A stretch of DNA of 64,000 bases from the NCBI GenBank assembly GCA_964016885.1, contig CAXHJY010001498.1, forward strand, positions 1-64,000, read 5' to 3'. Below the pieces are notes generated by a model, which saw only the letters and a program-made list of their open reading frames with translations, did no database searches and had not been told where the DNA came from. This DNA is from Eledone cirrhosa (taxonomy: Eukaryota). Made by a program: the position numbers and the translations under genes. Of the stretch, positions 14,485 to 33,664 are shown piece by piece (positions within the stretch are counted from its first letter, which is position 1; the number at the start of each line of letters is the position of its first letter).

Positions 14485-15502
14485 TATAAACATATATATA
14501 TATATATACATATATACATATATATACACAAACACATAATCACACAAACACACATATACACACACACACACATACATACATACATACATACACATATGGA
14601 GTAGGGTGTACGTATATATACATATGTATAATATCGTTATGGTGATTATGTTATGTATATATTGTCTATTAAGTTTGTTATTTTATACAATTATTGTTTC
14701 GTCTCGACTGATTTCGTTTCGTTTTTGTCTCTTATTTTTATATTTACCTCCTTTTTTCTCCCGCCTCTTATTCGCTGTTTTGTTCCTCTTATGTATTATG
14801 TATATTTGTCTATTTGAATTCATAGTTGTATATGTTTTATTATTGCTGTTGTTGTTGTGCGCTCTCCTATTTTGTCCTAGTTTAATGTGGTGAGAGTGGT
14901 GGTGGTGTGTGGTGGTGGTGAGTGGTGAGTGGCGGTGCTGTGTAGTGTTAGAGGTGTGTGGTGACGGTGGTGATGTAGGGATGATGGTGAGAGTGGCGGC
15001 GGCGTGTAGTGGTGGTGGTGGTGGTGTGTAGTGACGGAGGTGTGTATTGATGGTGGTGTGTAGTGGTGGTGGGTGGTGTGTGGTAACAGTGGTGTAGTGG
15101 TGGTGTGTAGTGGTGGTGGTCTGTAGTGTGAGAGGTGAGTGGTGACGGTGGTGATGTAGTGATGGCAGTGTGTGGTTATGGCAGTGGGTGATGTGTGAGT
15201 AGCGGCGGTGTATAGTGTGAGTGCTGTGTGGTGAAGGTGCAGTGTGTGGTGAGAGTGGTGTGTAGTGACGACGGTATGTGGTGATGGTGGTATTTATAGT
15301 GACGACGGTGTGTAGTGACGACGGTATGTGGTGATGGTGGTATGTATAGTGACGACGGTGTGTAGTGACGGGGGTGCGTGGTGATGGTGGTATGTATAGT
15401 GACGACTGTGTGTAGTGACGGGGGTGCGTGGTGATGGGGGTGGGGTTCATTTCATATGCGATCCCTTTGATCATCTTTGCTATACAAGTTAGTTTGTGTA
15501 TG

Positions 15503-15544
<42 letters not shown>

Positions 15545-15637
15545 CTATAAATAAGTATGTATGTATACATATCTATATATACATTTCAAGTCGAGACCAC
15601 CACTTTCATGCTAGACATGTATATGTAAGTGTATATA

Positions 15638-15744
<107 letters not shown>

Positions 15745-16199
15745 TGAGACAGGGAGGTTAAAGTAGATACGAAACATTATGAATGAAACAAGATGTTACT
15801 ATTATTGTAGTTGTTGTTGTTGTTGATATCATTGTTGATGTTATTGTTGTTGTTGTTTAACTGACTGTGTCTAAGTTTGTCATATATATTTCTTTTGTTT
15901 GGTTTATATTTTAAATTTCCGTTTCTTCCATGATTTTCTCTCGTTTTATACAGGCAGATGGTGTGTGAGGGTTCGTCATTATTATTATCGTTGTTGTTGT
16001 TGTTGTTACTGTTATTGTTGTTGCTGTTGTTGTTATGATGGTGGACGTGGTGACGGCGTGGTGGAGGGTTGATTTCGTCATGGTTTATTCGAAACATTCC
16101 TGGCATTTTCGTCTATGGACTGAAAGATATGCTAACCGTTTCACGAAGACGACCACCATCACAACAACAACAACAACAACAACAAACACGACCACAATA

Positions 16200-16645
16200 A
16201 TAATGGTTTCTGATTTAGGCATAAGGCCAGCTATTTAAAGAGATGGGTTCAAAGTCCATTAAATCAACCCCTGTGCATTACTGGTACTTTATTTGATCGA
16301 CCCTCTTAAGGATGAAAGTCAAAGCTAACCACGGAGGAATTTGAACACACAACGTAAAGGAACGTAACTATATGACGCAAAACATGTCGTCCAATACTCT
16401 ACCAATACTGACAATCGAAATAATTGTTTCTACTTATGGCAAAAGGCCAGCAATCTGAAAGGATGGGATGAAAAGTCGATTAAACCAACCCCAGTACGTT
16501 ACTGGTACTTTATTTTATCCATTCGGTAAGGATGAAAGGCAAAGTTATCCTCGACGGGATTTGAACCTAGAACCTAAAGGGACGAAACTCTATGCAGTAA
16601 AGCATAATATCTAATGCTCTACCGATATTGCTGCAAATCCCCCAC
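16200..16645 (-). mobile_element. Two tandem diverged OK-like SINEs
   Basis: Two successive tail-core-head units (16200-16415, 16420-16645). Confidence 0.85.
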
Positions 16646-16719
16646 TCTGTAACAACAACAACAACAACAATTTAATGTATCAATAGTTGTGTAGATAAAA
16701 CGCTGAGTCAATGAAGCAA

Positions 16720-17080
<361 letters not shown>

Positions 17081-17371
17081 CATATATATATATAAATGTG
17101 TGTGTATAGATATATATGTGTGTGTGCATATATATATATATATATAAATATGTGTGTGTGTGTATATATATCTATTTACATGGTCATACATATATATATA
17201 TATACGCGTGTGTGTGTGAGTATATATGTATTTCCATGGTTATATACTTTTATGTAAATGTGTGCATGTATGTATATATATATATATATATATATCCGAA
17301 GCAATAAATATATAATAAATATATAATTGATATAGGAAAAAAAAGAAAGAGAAACAACAACAACAACAACA

Positions 17372-17417
<46 letters not shown>

Positions 17418-17527
17418 GAACAAAACACGAGAGAAAATATATAGAAATATGATGAGTAAAAGAAAGAAAACAGTAGAATTGCTAGAAATATCAGCTGCGG
17501 CATATCATTTGACACCTCTCTCTCTCT

Positions 17528-17561
<34 letters not shown>

Positions 17562-17563
17562 CG

Positions 17564-17607
<44 letters not shown>

Positions 17608-17608
<1 letters not shown>

Positions 17609-17915
17609 GATATATTAACAAATGGAAACTATATTTATAAAACCATATTTATTTCATTATACATATTTCAAGGACACCAACTCAAATTATGGTGCGCTTT
17701 CATCAGATAAAATATAATATACATCAGTTTTATAAATAAATATTGACATACCCTTAAAGAATGCGACCATTTCTGTTGGAAGCTCCTGGATAGTTTTATA
17801 AATATAGTTTCCATTTGTTAATATATCGTATTTTTACTCCAATAATTTGGTGAGTGCTTTATATCAGTTATAAAAATATTTGCTTGCTGTATCCCAACAA
17901 TTTAAATATAACTTC

Positions 17916-17920
<5 letters not shown>
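17608..17920. mobile_element. Hammerhead family B element with inverted arms
   Basis: 17608-17643 is the reverse complement of 17793-17828; homolog 49935-50258; flanked by (TA)n. Confidence 0.8.
17657..17710 (-). ncRNA. Minimal type I hammerhead-like motif
   Basis: tta-t-CTGATGA-aag.cgcacca...tggtgt.c.ctt-GAAA-tatg-TA-taa (extra U before C3). Confidence 0.6.
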
Positions 17921-17972
<52 letters not shown>

Positions 17973-18294
17973 TAACATACATATTTATATACACTTGCAC
18001 ATACACAGAGATATGAGATGTTTATCTGTATGCATGTTTTTCGATTTTTATTTTATTTCGATGGCTAAGTTCCAGATTTTCGTTAATGAAAGGGTTAAAG
18101 ATATTGACAGTGTCTTACATTAGAAATATGGTACCGAAAGAGTTAAAATGTTTAAATTTACCTACAAGCCTTCCAACATAATTTTATATAATTGTTAAGA
18201 TTGGAAGATTTCCAAATATTAACTTAATAAAGAGAAAGTAACTTTTCTAAATCCCTCCAGGTTATTGATTATTTTGAAAATGATTTGAAAACTC

Positions 18295-18785
18295 ATAAGC
18301 AGGGTCCTTAGAGTAATGTTACTTGATAAAGTGCATAAGTCCGAGATCAGAGAATCACTCCAGGTAGAGCCGCTACTTCTCCGAATTGAGAGATCACAGC
18401 TCTGATACTATGGACATGTGGTTAGAATCTCCCAGGAAAGAAACGCTGAACAGATTTGTAGCTCAGGGATCAGAGAGTCACTCCAGGTAGAGTCACTTCT
18501 CCGAATTGAGAGATCACAGCTCTGATACTATGGACATGTGGTTAGAACGTCTCAAGAAAGAATCGCTGGACAGATTTTATGGGCTAAACCAACGGGCAGG
18601 AGACCCTGGGGTAGACCCCGAGCGAGATTGGTGGATAACATCCATGAACTTGGTTTGTCTCGCTTGGGGTATCCAGCCAGATCAGTTGGAGACGGTTGCT
18701 TCTGACAGAACCTGATGGAGGGAGTGTTTGAGGATTCTTCCCCCACGACCCTCTCAGGAATAAGTGGGCGAAAAAGAAGAAGAAG
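18295..18785 (+). mobile_element. 5'-truncated RTE-clade LINE 3' end
   Basis: Homologous to 2560-3017 (gagagatcacagctctgatactatggacatgtggttagaa; ccagccagatcagttggagacggttgcttct); short gaa tail. Confidence 0.85.
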
Positions 18786-20083
18786 CAGTGTCTTTCATTA
18801 AAAATATTTTAACAAATATTTTCCGGTAATGTTGTATTTGACTAAAGGGATGTAACTAAAGTGTGGGACATTTAATCCGTTGTTTTTGCCAATTCAGACA
18901 CGTGATGAAGGTTAGAGTTTCTTTTGGTGATGATAGTGATGGAGTTGGTGGCGGGGGTGTTGGTGGAGGTGGTGGTGATGGTTGTGGGCGTAGTGGTGGG
19001 GGTAGTGGTGGGATAGTGGGGGTAGTGGTGGTGGTAGTGGTGGTGGTGCTGGTAGTGGTGATGGTGGTGGTGGTGGTGGTGGTGGTATTTGGGGGAGGGG
19101 CTATTGCTGATAATGGTATCTTTTCTATCATTTCCATCTTACGAAGATTTACTACATCTGCTCATGGAACAACCACAACAACAACAACAACAACAACAAC
19201 TAAACAGAATATGGGATAAAAAAAAGGAGAAGCAGAGAATGTGATGAAAATAAACATTAAAAAATAAGGGAATGTGAATATAAAATGACGGAAAGTCACA
19301 ACAACAACAATGACAACAATAATGACAACAATAACAATGGCAACAACACAACAATAACAACAATAACAACAGCAATGACAACAATAACAACAACGATGAC
19401 AACAATAACAAAAACAACAACAATGACAACAATAACAACAACAAAAACAACAATAACAACAATGACAACAATAACAACAATAACAACACCAACAACAACA
19501 ACAATGGCAACAATAATAATAACAATAATTATAACTATAACAATAAAAATAATCATATAATAATGGAACAACAATATAACAACAATATAAAAACAATATA
19601 ATAACAATATAAAAGTAATAACAACAACGATGTGGACTATTGTTAGATCTTGTTGTTTGGTAGGAGGTGGGGTTGTGGGGGGTGAGGATGGTGGTGTTTG
19701 TGAGGATGGTGGTGGTGGTTGTGGCGTGGTGGTGTTTGTGTGGTAGGGATGGTGGTGTTTGTGGGGCTGGTGGTGGTGGCGTGGTGGTGTTTGTGCGGTG
19801 GGGATGGTGGTGGTGGTGGTGGCGTGGTGGTGTTTGTGCGGTGGGGATGGTGGTGGTGGTGGTGGCGTGGTGGTGTTTGTGGAGTGGGAGAGTCATTTGT
19901 TGTCATTTTATTTTATTATGTATATGTTTTCCTGGTAAAGTAAACCAGGGATGGGAGGCCAACTCCATATACCACACCTTACACCCCCAGCATTCCAGTC
20001 CCCTGTTCCTGACAACATACCTCCCATATATACACATATGTACACATACATACACACACACACACACATATACATGTATAAGA

Positions 20084-22940
<2,857 letters not shown>

Positions 22941-23017
22941 ACTCACGTTCACTTACACACAAATACATGTTCAGACAGGCAGACCTGCATACATACATAC
23001 ATATACACACACACACA

Positions 23018-23127
<110 letters not shown>

Positions 23128-23143
23128 TCTCTGTCACTTGCTA

Positions 23144-23251
<108 letters not shown>

Positions 23252-23252
23252 T

Positions 23253-23291
<39 letters not shown>

Positions 23292-23434
23292 GATGAGTGT
23301 ATGTGTATGCAATATACATTCGCTCAGAATGTCAGTAAAAAATTCAAACGTTGAACAAGAGAAATAATAAATATAGTTACAAATCAAACACACGTGTACT
23401 ATATATGTATGTATATATATATACATACATACAG

Positions 23435-23465
<31 letters not shown>

Positions 23466-23662
23466 CATACAGATATATATATATATAAATGTGTGTGCAA
23501 ATATATATATTATATATATATATATATATTTACATACATATATATATACATATATATATATATTTACATACATATATACATATATACATATATATACATT
23601 CTTATAGAACTGCACATGCTCACAATAAAAACCATCCAACCCCTGCCCCCATACCCCCCCCC

Positions 23663-23704
<42 letters not shown>

Positions 23705-24326
23705 CACATGCAAATAAAACACTATACATATGTTACCATTGAAAGTTTCGGCTTTCAAACTTGAAAATATCTGAGCAACGCTAGTCCAAACCTTCACCAA
23801 CAGCGGCCATTATTAAGATGGCGCTCGGCTTTCTTTGTGTTTGGAGTTGGCGTTGTTGTGGTGGTTGTGGTGATGGTGGTGGTTGTGTTTCGAGTTGTGG
23901 CTGTTGTTCTGGTTGTTGTGGTGGTGGTGGCTGTTGTGTTTGTTGTGGTAGTTGTTTGTTAGTGTTTTTTTGGAGGTTTTTATTATATTAGATTTTACAT
24001 TTATTTTTTTACGATTGCCTTTGTGTCTATTTAGAGAGACAGGCACACACAGAGACAGACATATATATATATATATATATATATACTCACAAACACATAT
24101 ACACCCACATGCATATACACACCGATAAACACACGTATATGCACATAAACATGCACACAAACAGATACATACACAAACACGAATACACATACAACACAGC
24201 CAGAGAGAGACACACACACACTCACACACACGTGTGTCTCCTTTTCACTGTAGGTATGTATGGTTCTCAAGCTCGAAAGAGAGAATTGTTATTTTATGTG
24301 TGCATATGTATATGAGTGCATGTATG

Positions 24327-24369
<43 letters not shown>

Positions 24370-24376
<7 letters not shown>

Positions 24377-24529
24377 TATGTGTGTGTGACATGAGATGCG
24401 TGTCTGTATATGTATATGTGTGTATACGAATGCATGTTTATAAATGTGTATATATGAGTGCGTGTATATATATATATATATATATACACACACGCACACA
24501 CGAGTTCATGTAAATATATGTGTGTGTGG

Positions 24530-24569
<40 letters not shown>

Positions 24570-24711
24570 CATGAGATGCGTATCTGTATATGTATATGCG
24601 TGTATACGAATGCATGTTTATAAATGTGTATATATGAGTGCGTGTATATATATATATATACACACACGCACACACGAGTTCATGTAAATATATGTGTGTG
24701 TGGATATATGT

Positions 24712-24763
<52 letters not shown>

Positions 24764-24905
24764 CATGAGATGCGTATCTGTATATGTATATGTGTGTATA
24801 CGAATGCATGTTTATAAATGTGTATATATGAGTGCGCGTATATATATATATATATATATATACACACGCACACACGAGTTCATGTAAATATATGTGTCTG
24901 TGGAT
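24370..24905. repeat. ~180-195-bp tandem repeat x3
   Basis: gacatgagatgcg core at 24388, 24568, 24762; cacacgagttcatgtaaat in each unit. Confidence 0.9.
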
Positions 24906-25300
24906 ATGTGTGTGTGTGTGTGGATATGTGTGTGTGTGTGTGGATATGTGTGTGTGTGTGCGCGCGTGTGTGCGTGTGTATGTGTGTGTCTTTATACCAC
25001 ATACGTGTGTTAAACTATGAAGTAGACAGTTTATTGTTAATTTAATTTATGGCTTTTACAATATCTTCTATCGCTCTCGTTGCCTGTCTGTGTGTCTGTA
25101 TGTCACTGTCTCTGTATGTGTGTCTGTCAGTCTGTCAGTCTGTGTGTCAGTTTATTTGCCTGTCTGTCTGTGTGTCAATCTATTTGCTTGTCTCTCTCTA
25201 TGTCTCAGCTCTTGTGGGACTGCCTTCTCTGTCTGTCTCTATCTCTTCATATGTATGGCTATGTGTATGCAAATATATTTGATTCCTGGTCTGCCTACTT

Positions 25301-25379
<79 letters not shown>

Positions 25380-25523
25380 CAGAGAGGGAGAGAGAGAGAG
25401 AGAGAAGGAGAGAGAGAGAGAGAGAGAGAAGGAGCGAGACAGAGAGAGAAGTAGTAACACAACAGTTAGGTCACCATACCGAGAACAATTGTTTCACATT
25501 ATGCGGATCTTCAGCTCGGACTG

Positions 25524-25601
<78 letters not shown>

Positions 25602-25604
25602 AAA

Positions 25605-25715
25605 AAATAAGACTCCAGTTGCATTTTCGATTTCATCTCTTTTTCTTTATACTTTCACTCGTGTAGGACACCTCGGTTATTTTTCATTTTGTAACAAAAA
25701 GCTCACTTTCTAATA
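25605..25715 (+). mobile_element. Hammerhead family D 3' fragment in (TA)n
   Basis: Nearly identical to the reverse complement of 60733-60845. Confidence 0.8.
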
Positions 25716-26079
25716 TATATATAAATTTGGAAGAAACAAGGAGCTCTGTCATTACTTGATAAAGTGTATTTAAAAGTAAGAGGCAAGCACAAATGCGGGG
25801 CAGTCCCTTCTTCAGTTGTCGGCTGGAGGTCACGGACATTTCAACGACGAAAGACAATATGTGCGTGATCTCCAGCAGACAATTGAAGAAGGGGTTGCTG
25901 CCGCTTGAGGTTTCCTTTTATTTTAATATATATATATTTATATACATACATGAGGTAAGTAAGTTTATGTCACACATGAGATAAAACATTGGAAAAAGAA
26001 GTTGATAATGCAATTGGAGTCTTTAAGAAGTTTTGTTACTAAATCACCTTAAAGAAGCCAATTGGATTTTTAATGACTT

Positions 26080-26217
<138 letters not shown>

Positions 26218-26344
26218 GTATTTTATTAAGGTCGTATTAGGGTCCTCCGTTGTTTCGCATAAAAGTATGCAGGTTCATCAGTCAGTAAAAGGTGTGGTCA
26301 CCTGGTGTATGTGTCTGTGTATATATATACACACACACACACAC

Positions 26345-26464
<120 letters not shown>

Positions 26465-27344
26465 TCCATAGTAACAGGACGCTGACTCGAGCTTAATTAA
26501 GTTTTAATCCCTACCACTTTATTGAATACTGATTCTTGCAACCATTAATACTAAACATATATATATATATATATATAAATAAAGTTGGTCCTTTATCAGT
26601 GATCTTCCAACCATCATCGGTACTTCTTCGCTTTAAAGACCATATACCTCAGGTTGGTGCGAGCAACGGCTAAAGAAAGTCGTTGGGACACGTAAATAAA
26701 GGGAACAGCCAGAGTGTAAACAAACAAAGATGGTAAAGCAACGAAAAGTGAGGAAGAACGAGTCAAGTCCCAAATTTCCATGAATATAAGTTCGGTGAAA
26801 TCGTGAAAGAGAGAGAATAAAGACCATCAAACCTGGTTGAAATGTGAGCAATTCATAATTCCTGCCTATATATATATATATAGGCAGGAATTGTGACTGG
26901 TAAACAGAAAGAGCAGTAGAACATTTTCTAAGGAAGATCTGAAGATCAGATCCTTTCTATTTTTTCTTGAACGTATTGGAAATTTTAATGCCTCAAGATA
27001 ACGGAACAGCGTACAATTACAATGTAATACATATAGACATATATAGATGTACATACATACGTACATACATGTGTATATACTTTCATACATACATACGTTG
27101 ATGCACACATTCACACATACATAAGTAACTGCATACGTGCATATACACACGCTCCCAAATATACAAACACACACATATATATATACAGAGAGAGAGAGAG
27201 AGAGAGAGATGTATAAATGCACATACATTCATACATATACATACTCACTGATACTCATACATACATGCATATATATCTAGATATGTTTCTTATATAGATA
27301 GATAGATAGATGGATAGATAGATAGATATATAGATAGATAGGCT

Positions 27345-27432
27345 GTTTTCCTTTTACCCACTCTACTACCCTAAGTACCGAATACTCTGGTACGTTATGG
27401 TCCACCTGGTTCCTTACAACACTTCGTTATAT
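27345..27432 (+). mobile_element. Family C 3' fragment
   Basis: tacccactctactaccctaagta...gttatggtccacctggttccttac...ttcgttata; homologs 30621, 38263, 49290. Confidence 0.8.
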
Positions 27433-27478
27433 AGTTAGATAGATTTATATGCACAAATAAATAAATGCGCCAAACATT

Positions 27479-27572
<94 letters not shown>

Positions 27573-28247
27573 ACTGCACATACATAAATATATAGATCCA
27601 TTTGGGAAGGCACGATTACATTTCGTGAAAACAGACTCAATGAACTAAAGCACGGATTATTGAAGTTTTAAGAAATATAAACCAAATTATAATTATCGTA
27701 TTTAATGGCAGAAAAAATGGGTTAAACGATATCACGGGGGGTGTATATGCCGGGTTATATATTTGGCATATACATTATTATTATTATTATTTTTTTTTTT
27801 TTTTTATATCCCCGCTGAAATGGGGAGAGAGAGAGACATTTAATATCCCGAGGGTTATATATATATGCCATCGAATATGGTAATTCTTTAATCAATACAT
27901 GCATCTACCTGGTTCTTTGATCTTTACTGTATCATGCCGCCGAACGATAGAAAGATGTAGATTACATACCTGTAAAGAAAAGAAAAAAAAAGAATTGAAT
28001 GACATCAGCAGAGAAACAAGACAGGTCTAGTTATACATATATATAAATATAAATACATACACATACAGATAGATATATAAATATATATATATATTAATAA
28101 GGGGCGTAAACACACACACACACATATGTTTTGTGGTTCACCAGTAGCAAGAACTGGTCATTCGGTTTAGTTTAGTTAACCATGATGTAATCGTAGGAAA
28201 TTACTCTACGGTACGCAAGTCAACCATTGCTTATGGTGACTTGTGCA

Positions 28248-28419
<172 letters not shown>

Positions 28420-29013
28420 AGTTCAAGGAAACAAAAAACTGAGGTACAAAACTCTCATTAATTTCACGTTTTATGTTGAAAAGGGGGAAGAAAGTTTGAC
28501 GTGCTGGCCTTTAGCCCTGCTTCAGGAGAACAAAAACAGATACAATATATTGGTATATATATTACTATAAACACCGTCTTATTTTACGGGTAATACGTTA
28601 GTATATATATATTGACCGATAAATTGATACGCATGTACTATGACGATAAGAACATACGTAGAGCCAAAAGAACACGCAATAGCTACAAAATATCGATTAT
28701 CATCCATATATACATCCATCCATACATACATATATATAAATATGCACACATGCATACATATATACATAATACAAGAGCGAGAGACTTAATAAATAAAGAA
28801 ACGTCTTTAGATGCAGGGAACCTTTGATAAATATTACTACCTTACCACAGAAGTCGGAACCAAAGATGTGTTGCCTCTATTTGATGTGTTTGATCAGAGC
28901 TTAGAGCTAGCTAGCAACGATAGCGCGTTACTATGGCGTTTTATATATTTCAGAGAATCAGATCAAGTGTTCTGTATTGGAAATTTATCGGATTTATGGT
29001 ATGTTGATATATA

Positions 29014-29088
<75 letters not shown>

Positions 29089-29095
29089 AAGTATG

Positions 29096-29130
<35 letters not shown>

Positions 29131-29137
29131 AAGTATG

Positions 29138-29185
<48 letters not shown>

Positions 29186-29189
29186 TATG

Positions 29190-29237
<48 letters not shown>

Positions 29238-29241
29238 TATG

Positions 29242-29283
<42 letters not shown>

Positions 29284-29287
29284 TATG

Positions 29288-29327
<40 letters not shown>

Positions 29328-29384
29328 TATGTATGTATGTATGTATGTATGTATATATATATATGTATATATATATGTATATGT

Positions 29385-29416
<32 letters not shown>

Positions 29417-29431
29417 GTATGTATATGTATG

Positions 29432-29464
<33 letters not shown>

Positions 29465-29532
29465 ATGTATGTATATATGTATATATATATTGTATGTATA
29501 TGTATGTATATATGTATATGTATGTATATATG

Positions 29533-29563
<31 letters not shown>

Positions 29564-29578
29564 GTATATATGTGTATG

Positions 29579-29610
<32 letters not shown>

Positions 29611-29760
29611 AGTACGTAATTCCGGGTTGAATCGGAGGTAACCACAGTAAGTAAGGTACTCAATACATTGCAGAGTATAAAAGTTTTAATATAGATGAGA
29701 TTCTACAGGACTAGAACTGTTTCATTCTTTAGAAATCATCAGGAATCTGGGTATCAAAAA
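29611..29760 (-). mobile_element. Hammerhead family A element
   Basis: Reverse complement nearly identical to 4319-4432; embedded in (TA)n. Confidence 0.85.
29699..29747 (-). ncRNA. Type I hammerhead ribozyme
   Basis: gattc-CTGATGA-tttctaaagaat-GAAA-cag-ttctagtc-ctg-TA-gaatc; palindromic ctag in loop III. Confidence 0.8.
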
Positions 29761-29977
29761 ATAAATATATATATACATATATGTATGTATATATATACAT
29801 ATATGTATATATATATATACATATATGTATATATATATATACATATATGTATATATATATATATATATACATATATGTATGTATATATATACATATATGT
29901 ATATATATATACATATATGTATATATATATATACATATATGTATGTATATATATACATATATGTATATATATATATA

Positions 29978-30088
<111 letters not shown>

Positions 30089-30103
30089 GTGTATATATAT
30101 ATA

Positions 30104-30175
<72 letters not shown>

Positions 30176-30179
30176 TGTG

Positions 30180-30349
<170 letters not shown>

Positions 30350-30355
30350 TGTGTG

Positions 30356-30391
<36 letters not shown>

Positions 30392-30397
30392 TATGTG

Positions 30398-30470
<73 letters not shown>

Positions 30471-30548
30471 ATATATATATATATGTATATATATATACAT
30501 ATATACGTATATATACATATACATATATATACATATATATATATATTA

Positions 30549-30604
<56 letters not shown>

Positions 30605-30620
30605 CGTATATATACATATA

Positions 30621-30741
30621 CGGCTTGAGCTTTGCCGCCGGGGTCATACTTGTTCCTATTACCCACTCTACTATCCTAAGTATTGAGTACTACTTTGGTG
30701 TGTTATCGTCCATCTGGATCCTTACCACAATTCCTTCGTTA
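30621..30741 (+). mobile_element. Family C element in (TA)n
   Basis: cggcttgagct..gccgccggggtc...ccttaccacaattccttcgtta. Confidence 0.8.
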
Positions 30742-30819
30742 TATATATATTTATATATATATATATATAAATATGTATGTATGAGTGTGTATATATATAT
30801 ATACACACACAAACATATG

Positions 30820-30945
<126 letters not shown>

Positions 30946-31827
30946 AATTAAAATTAAAATATTCAAATTTTAATGGTCAGCAGATTTTTTTTCACACAAC
31001 ATGCATCAGTGAATACCTCCCAGCATGCACTGGTGCACACTTCCCAGAATGCTCTACTGCATGTTTACCAGAATGCACTGCTGCACAACACAAATACCCA
31101 TTGGTGCATCTCCAAATATATCTAAGATTGCACACACACACATTATATATATATACATATACACATACATATATATATACACATACAGACACATACATAT
31201 ACACATACAGACAGACAGACATATACATACACACATTCAGACATATACAAACACATGCATATGTACACACATATACATACATATATACGTATATATATAT
31301 ACACATACATATAGACGCAGACATACAAACGTATACATACACAGACATACATATACACGCACACACACACACAGGCATGTATACATATATGCACACACAG
31401 TCATATACACACAGACAAACACGCACACATACATACACAGACACACATACACAATTGCACATACAAAGATGCACACATACACGTACATACACAAACACAC
31501 ACAGACATACAAACACACACACACACACACGTACATACACAGTCACACACACACATACATACAAACACATACACACACATACAATCACATACACACACAC
31601 ATACAAGCACATACACACACACATAGAGACACACATACACACGTATACAAACACATACACACACACAATCACATACACACACACATACAAACACACACAT
31701 ACATACAAACACATACACACACACATAATCTTGCAATGTAATATTTCTCACATAAAATCCGGATAATTTATTGCCGGATGAAAAATAGATATAAAACAAA
31801 ACTAAAAAAAAAGAACCGTTGTCGTGA

Positions 31828-31845
31828 AAGTAGTAGTAGTAGTAC

Positions 31846-31884
<39 letters not shown>

Positions 31885-31910
31885 TGGTAGTAGTAGTAGT
31901 AGTAGTAGTG

Positions 31911-31941
<31 letters not shown>

Positions 31942-32052
31942 TAGTGGTGGTAGTAGTGGTAGTGGTAGTAGTAGTAGTAGTGGTAGTGGTAGTAGTGGTG
32001 ATGGTAGTGGTGACGATGGTGATGATGATGATGATAATGATGATGATGATGG
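31828..32052. repeat. (AGT/GGT/GAT)n microsatellite
   Basis: Direct inspection. Confidence 0.95.
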
Positions 32053-32781
32053 TTGTCTCTGACGTAATAATCAATCTTGATAGAACAAACCAAGGATTAT
32101 AGACGTTCCTTCCATGACATACACGTCTCTCTATAAACAGCACGACCTTCCTTCCATGACATACACGTCTCTCTAAACACCAACACCATATTAGACAGTG
32201 TTCCTCTCAAGACGGCATTGTGTGAGTGTGTGTGAGTGTGTGTATGTGTGTGTATATGTAGGGGAGTATATGTGTGTGTAGTTTGTACCTGTATGTGTGA
32301 CTGTGTGTGAGTATGTGTATGTGTGTGTATTTGTAGGGGAGTGTGTATGTGTGTAGTTTGTACCTGTATGTGTGACTGTGTGTGAGTGTGTGTATGTGTG
32401 TGTATATGTAGGGGAGTATGTGTGTGTGTATATGTAGAGAGAGAGGGGGGAGAGAGGGGGAGAGAGGGGGGAGAGAGGGGGAGAGAGAAGGGGAGAGAGG
32501 GATATAGATAGAGAGAGATGGTAGAGAGAGAGGATAGAGATAGAGAGAGAGAGGGTAGAGAGAGAGGGTAGAGAGAGAGGATAGAGAGAGGGGATAGAGA
32601 GAGAGGGAGGGGATAGAGAGCGAGGGGGAAGATTAGAGATGCAGAGAGAGAGAGTGAGAGGATAGACAAGATATAGAGATTGGAGAGAGGTGCAGAAGGA
32701 GAAAGAGAGAGAGTGAGAAAGAGAGAGAGAGAGAGAGATAGTGAGAAAGAAAGAGAGAGTGAGAAAGAGAGAGAGTGAGAA

Positions 32782-32817
<36 letters not shown>

Positions 32818-32843
32818 TGAGAAAGAGAGAGAGAGAGTGAGAA

Positions 32844-32875
<32 letters not shown>

Positions 32876-33664
32876 TGAGAAAGAAAGAGAGAGAGAGAGG
32901 GTGAGAGGAATGTGTACAAGATGACACTAAGAAAATAAATGAAACTAGACAATATTGGTGTGTTGGTGGCGGGGATGCAAGTGTGTATGTGTAGGTGTGT
33001 ATGTGTATGTGTGGGTGTGTAGGTATGTGTATGTGTAGGTGTGTATATGTATATGTATGTGCGCGTGTGTGTGCGTATGTGTGTGTATATATGTGTATGT
33101 GTGTGTATGTGTGTGTATGTATACGTGCGTGTGTGTGTGTGTGTGTATGTGTGTGTGTGTATGTATATGTGCGTGTGTGTGTGTGTGTGTGTGTGTGCGT
33201 GTGCGTGTGTGTGTGCGTGTGCGTGTGTTTGTGACGGCATGGCACACTTGTGACACAGATTAAGATATGAACGGAAATGAGGAGGAAATAAAACTGACAG
33301 GATAGAATAGAGAAGAAAAATAGGGGGTTTTAAAGGTGGAGGATAGCGGTGGTGGGGTAGGGGAGATAGACACGGGGTGACGGGGGGGGGGTAGACAGGG
33401 TTGAAAGGGGGAGGGGAAGGGAAGAAAGAGAGAGATTAAGACAGGAGAAAAAGAAAGAATTAGTAAGAAGATTGATAGATAGACAGATAGAGAGACAGAT
33501 ATATATATAGAGAGAAGAGAGATAGAGAGAGAAGAGAGACAGAGAGAGTAGTAGTAGTAGTGGTGGTAGTGGTAGTGGTAGTAGTGGTAGTAGTAGTAGT
33601 AGTGGTAGTAGTAGTAGTAGTAGTAGTGGTAGTAGTAGTAGTGGTGGTAGTAGTAGTGGTGGTA

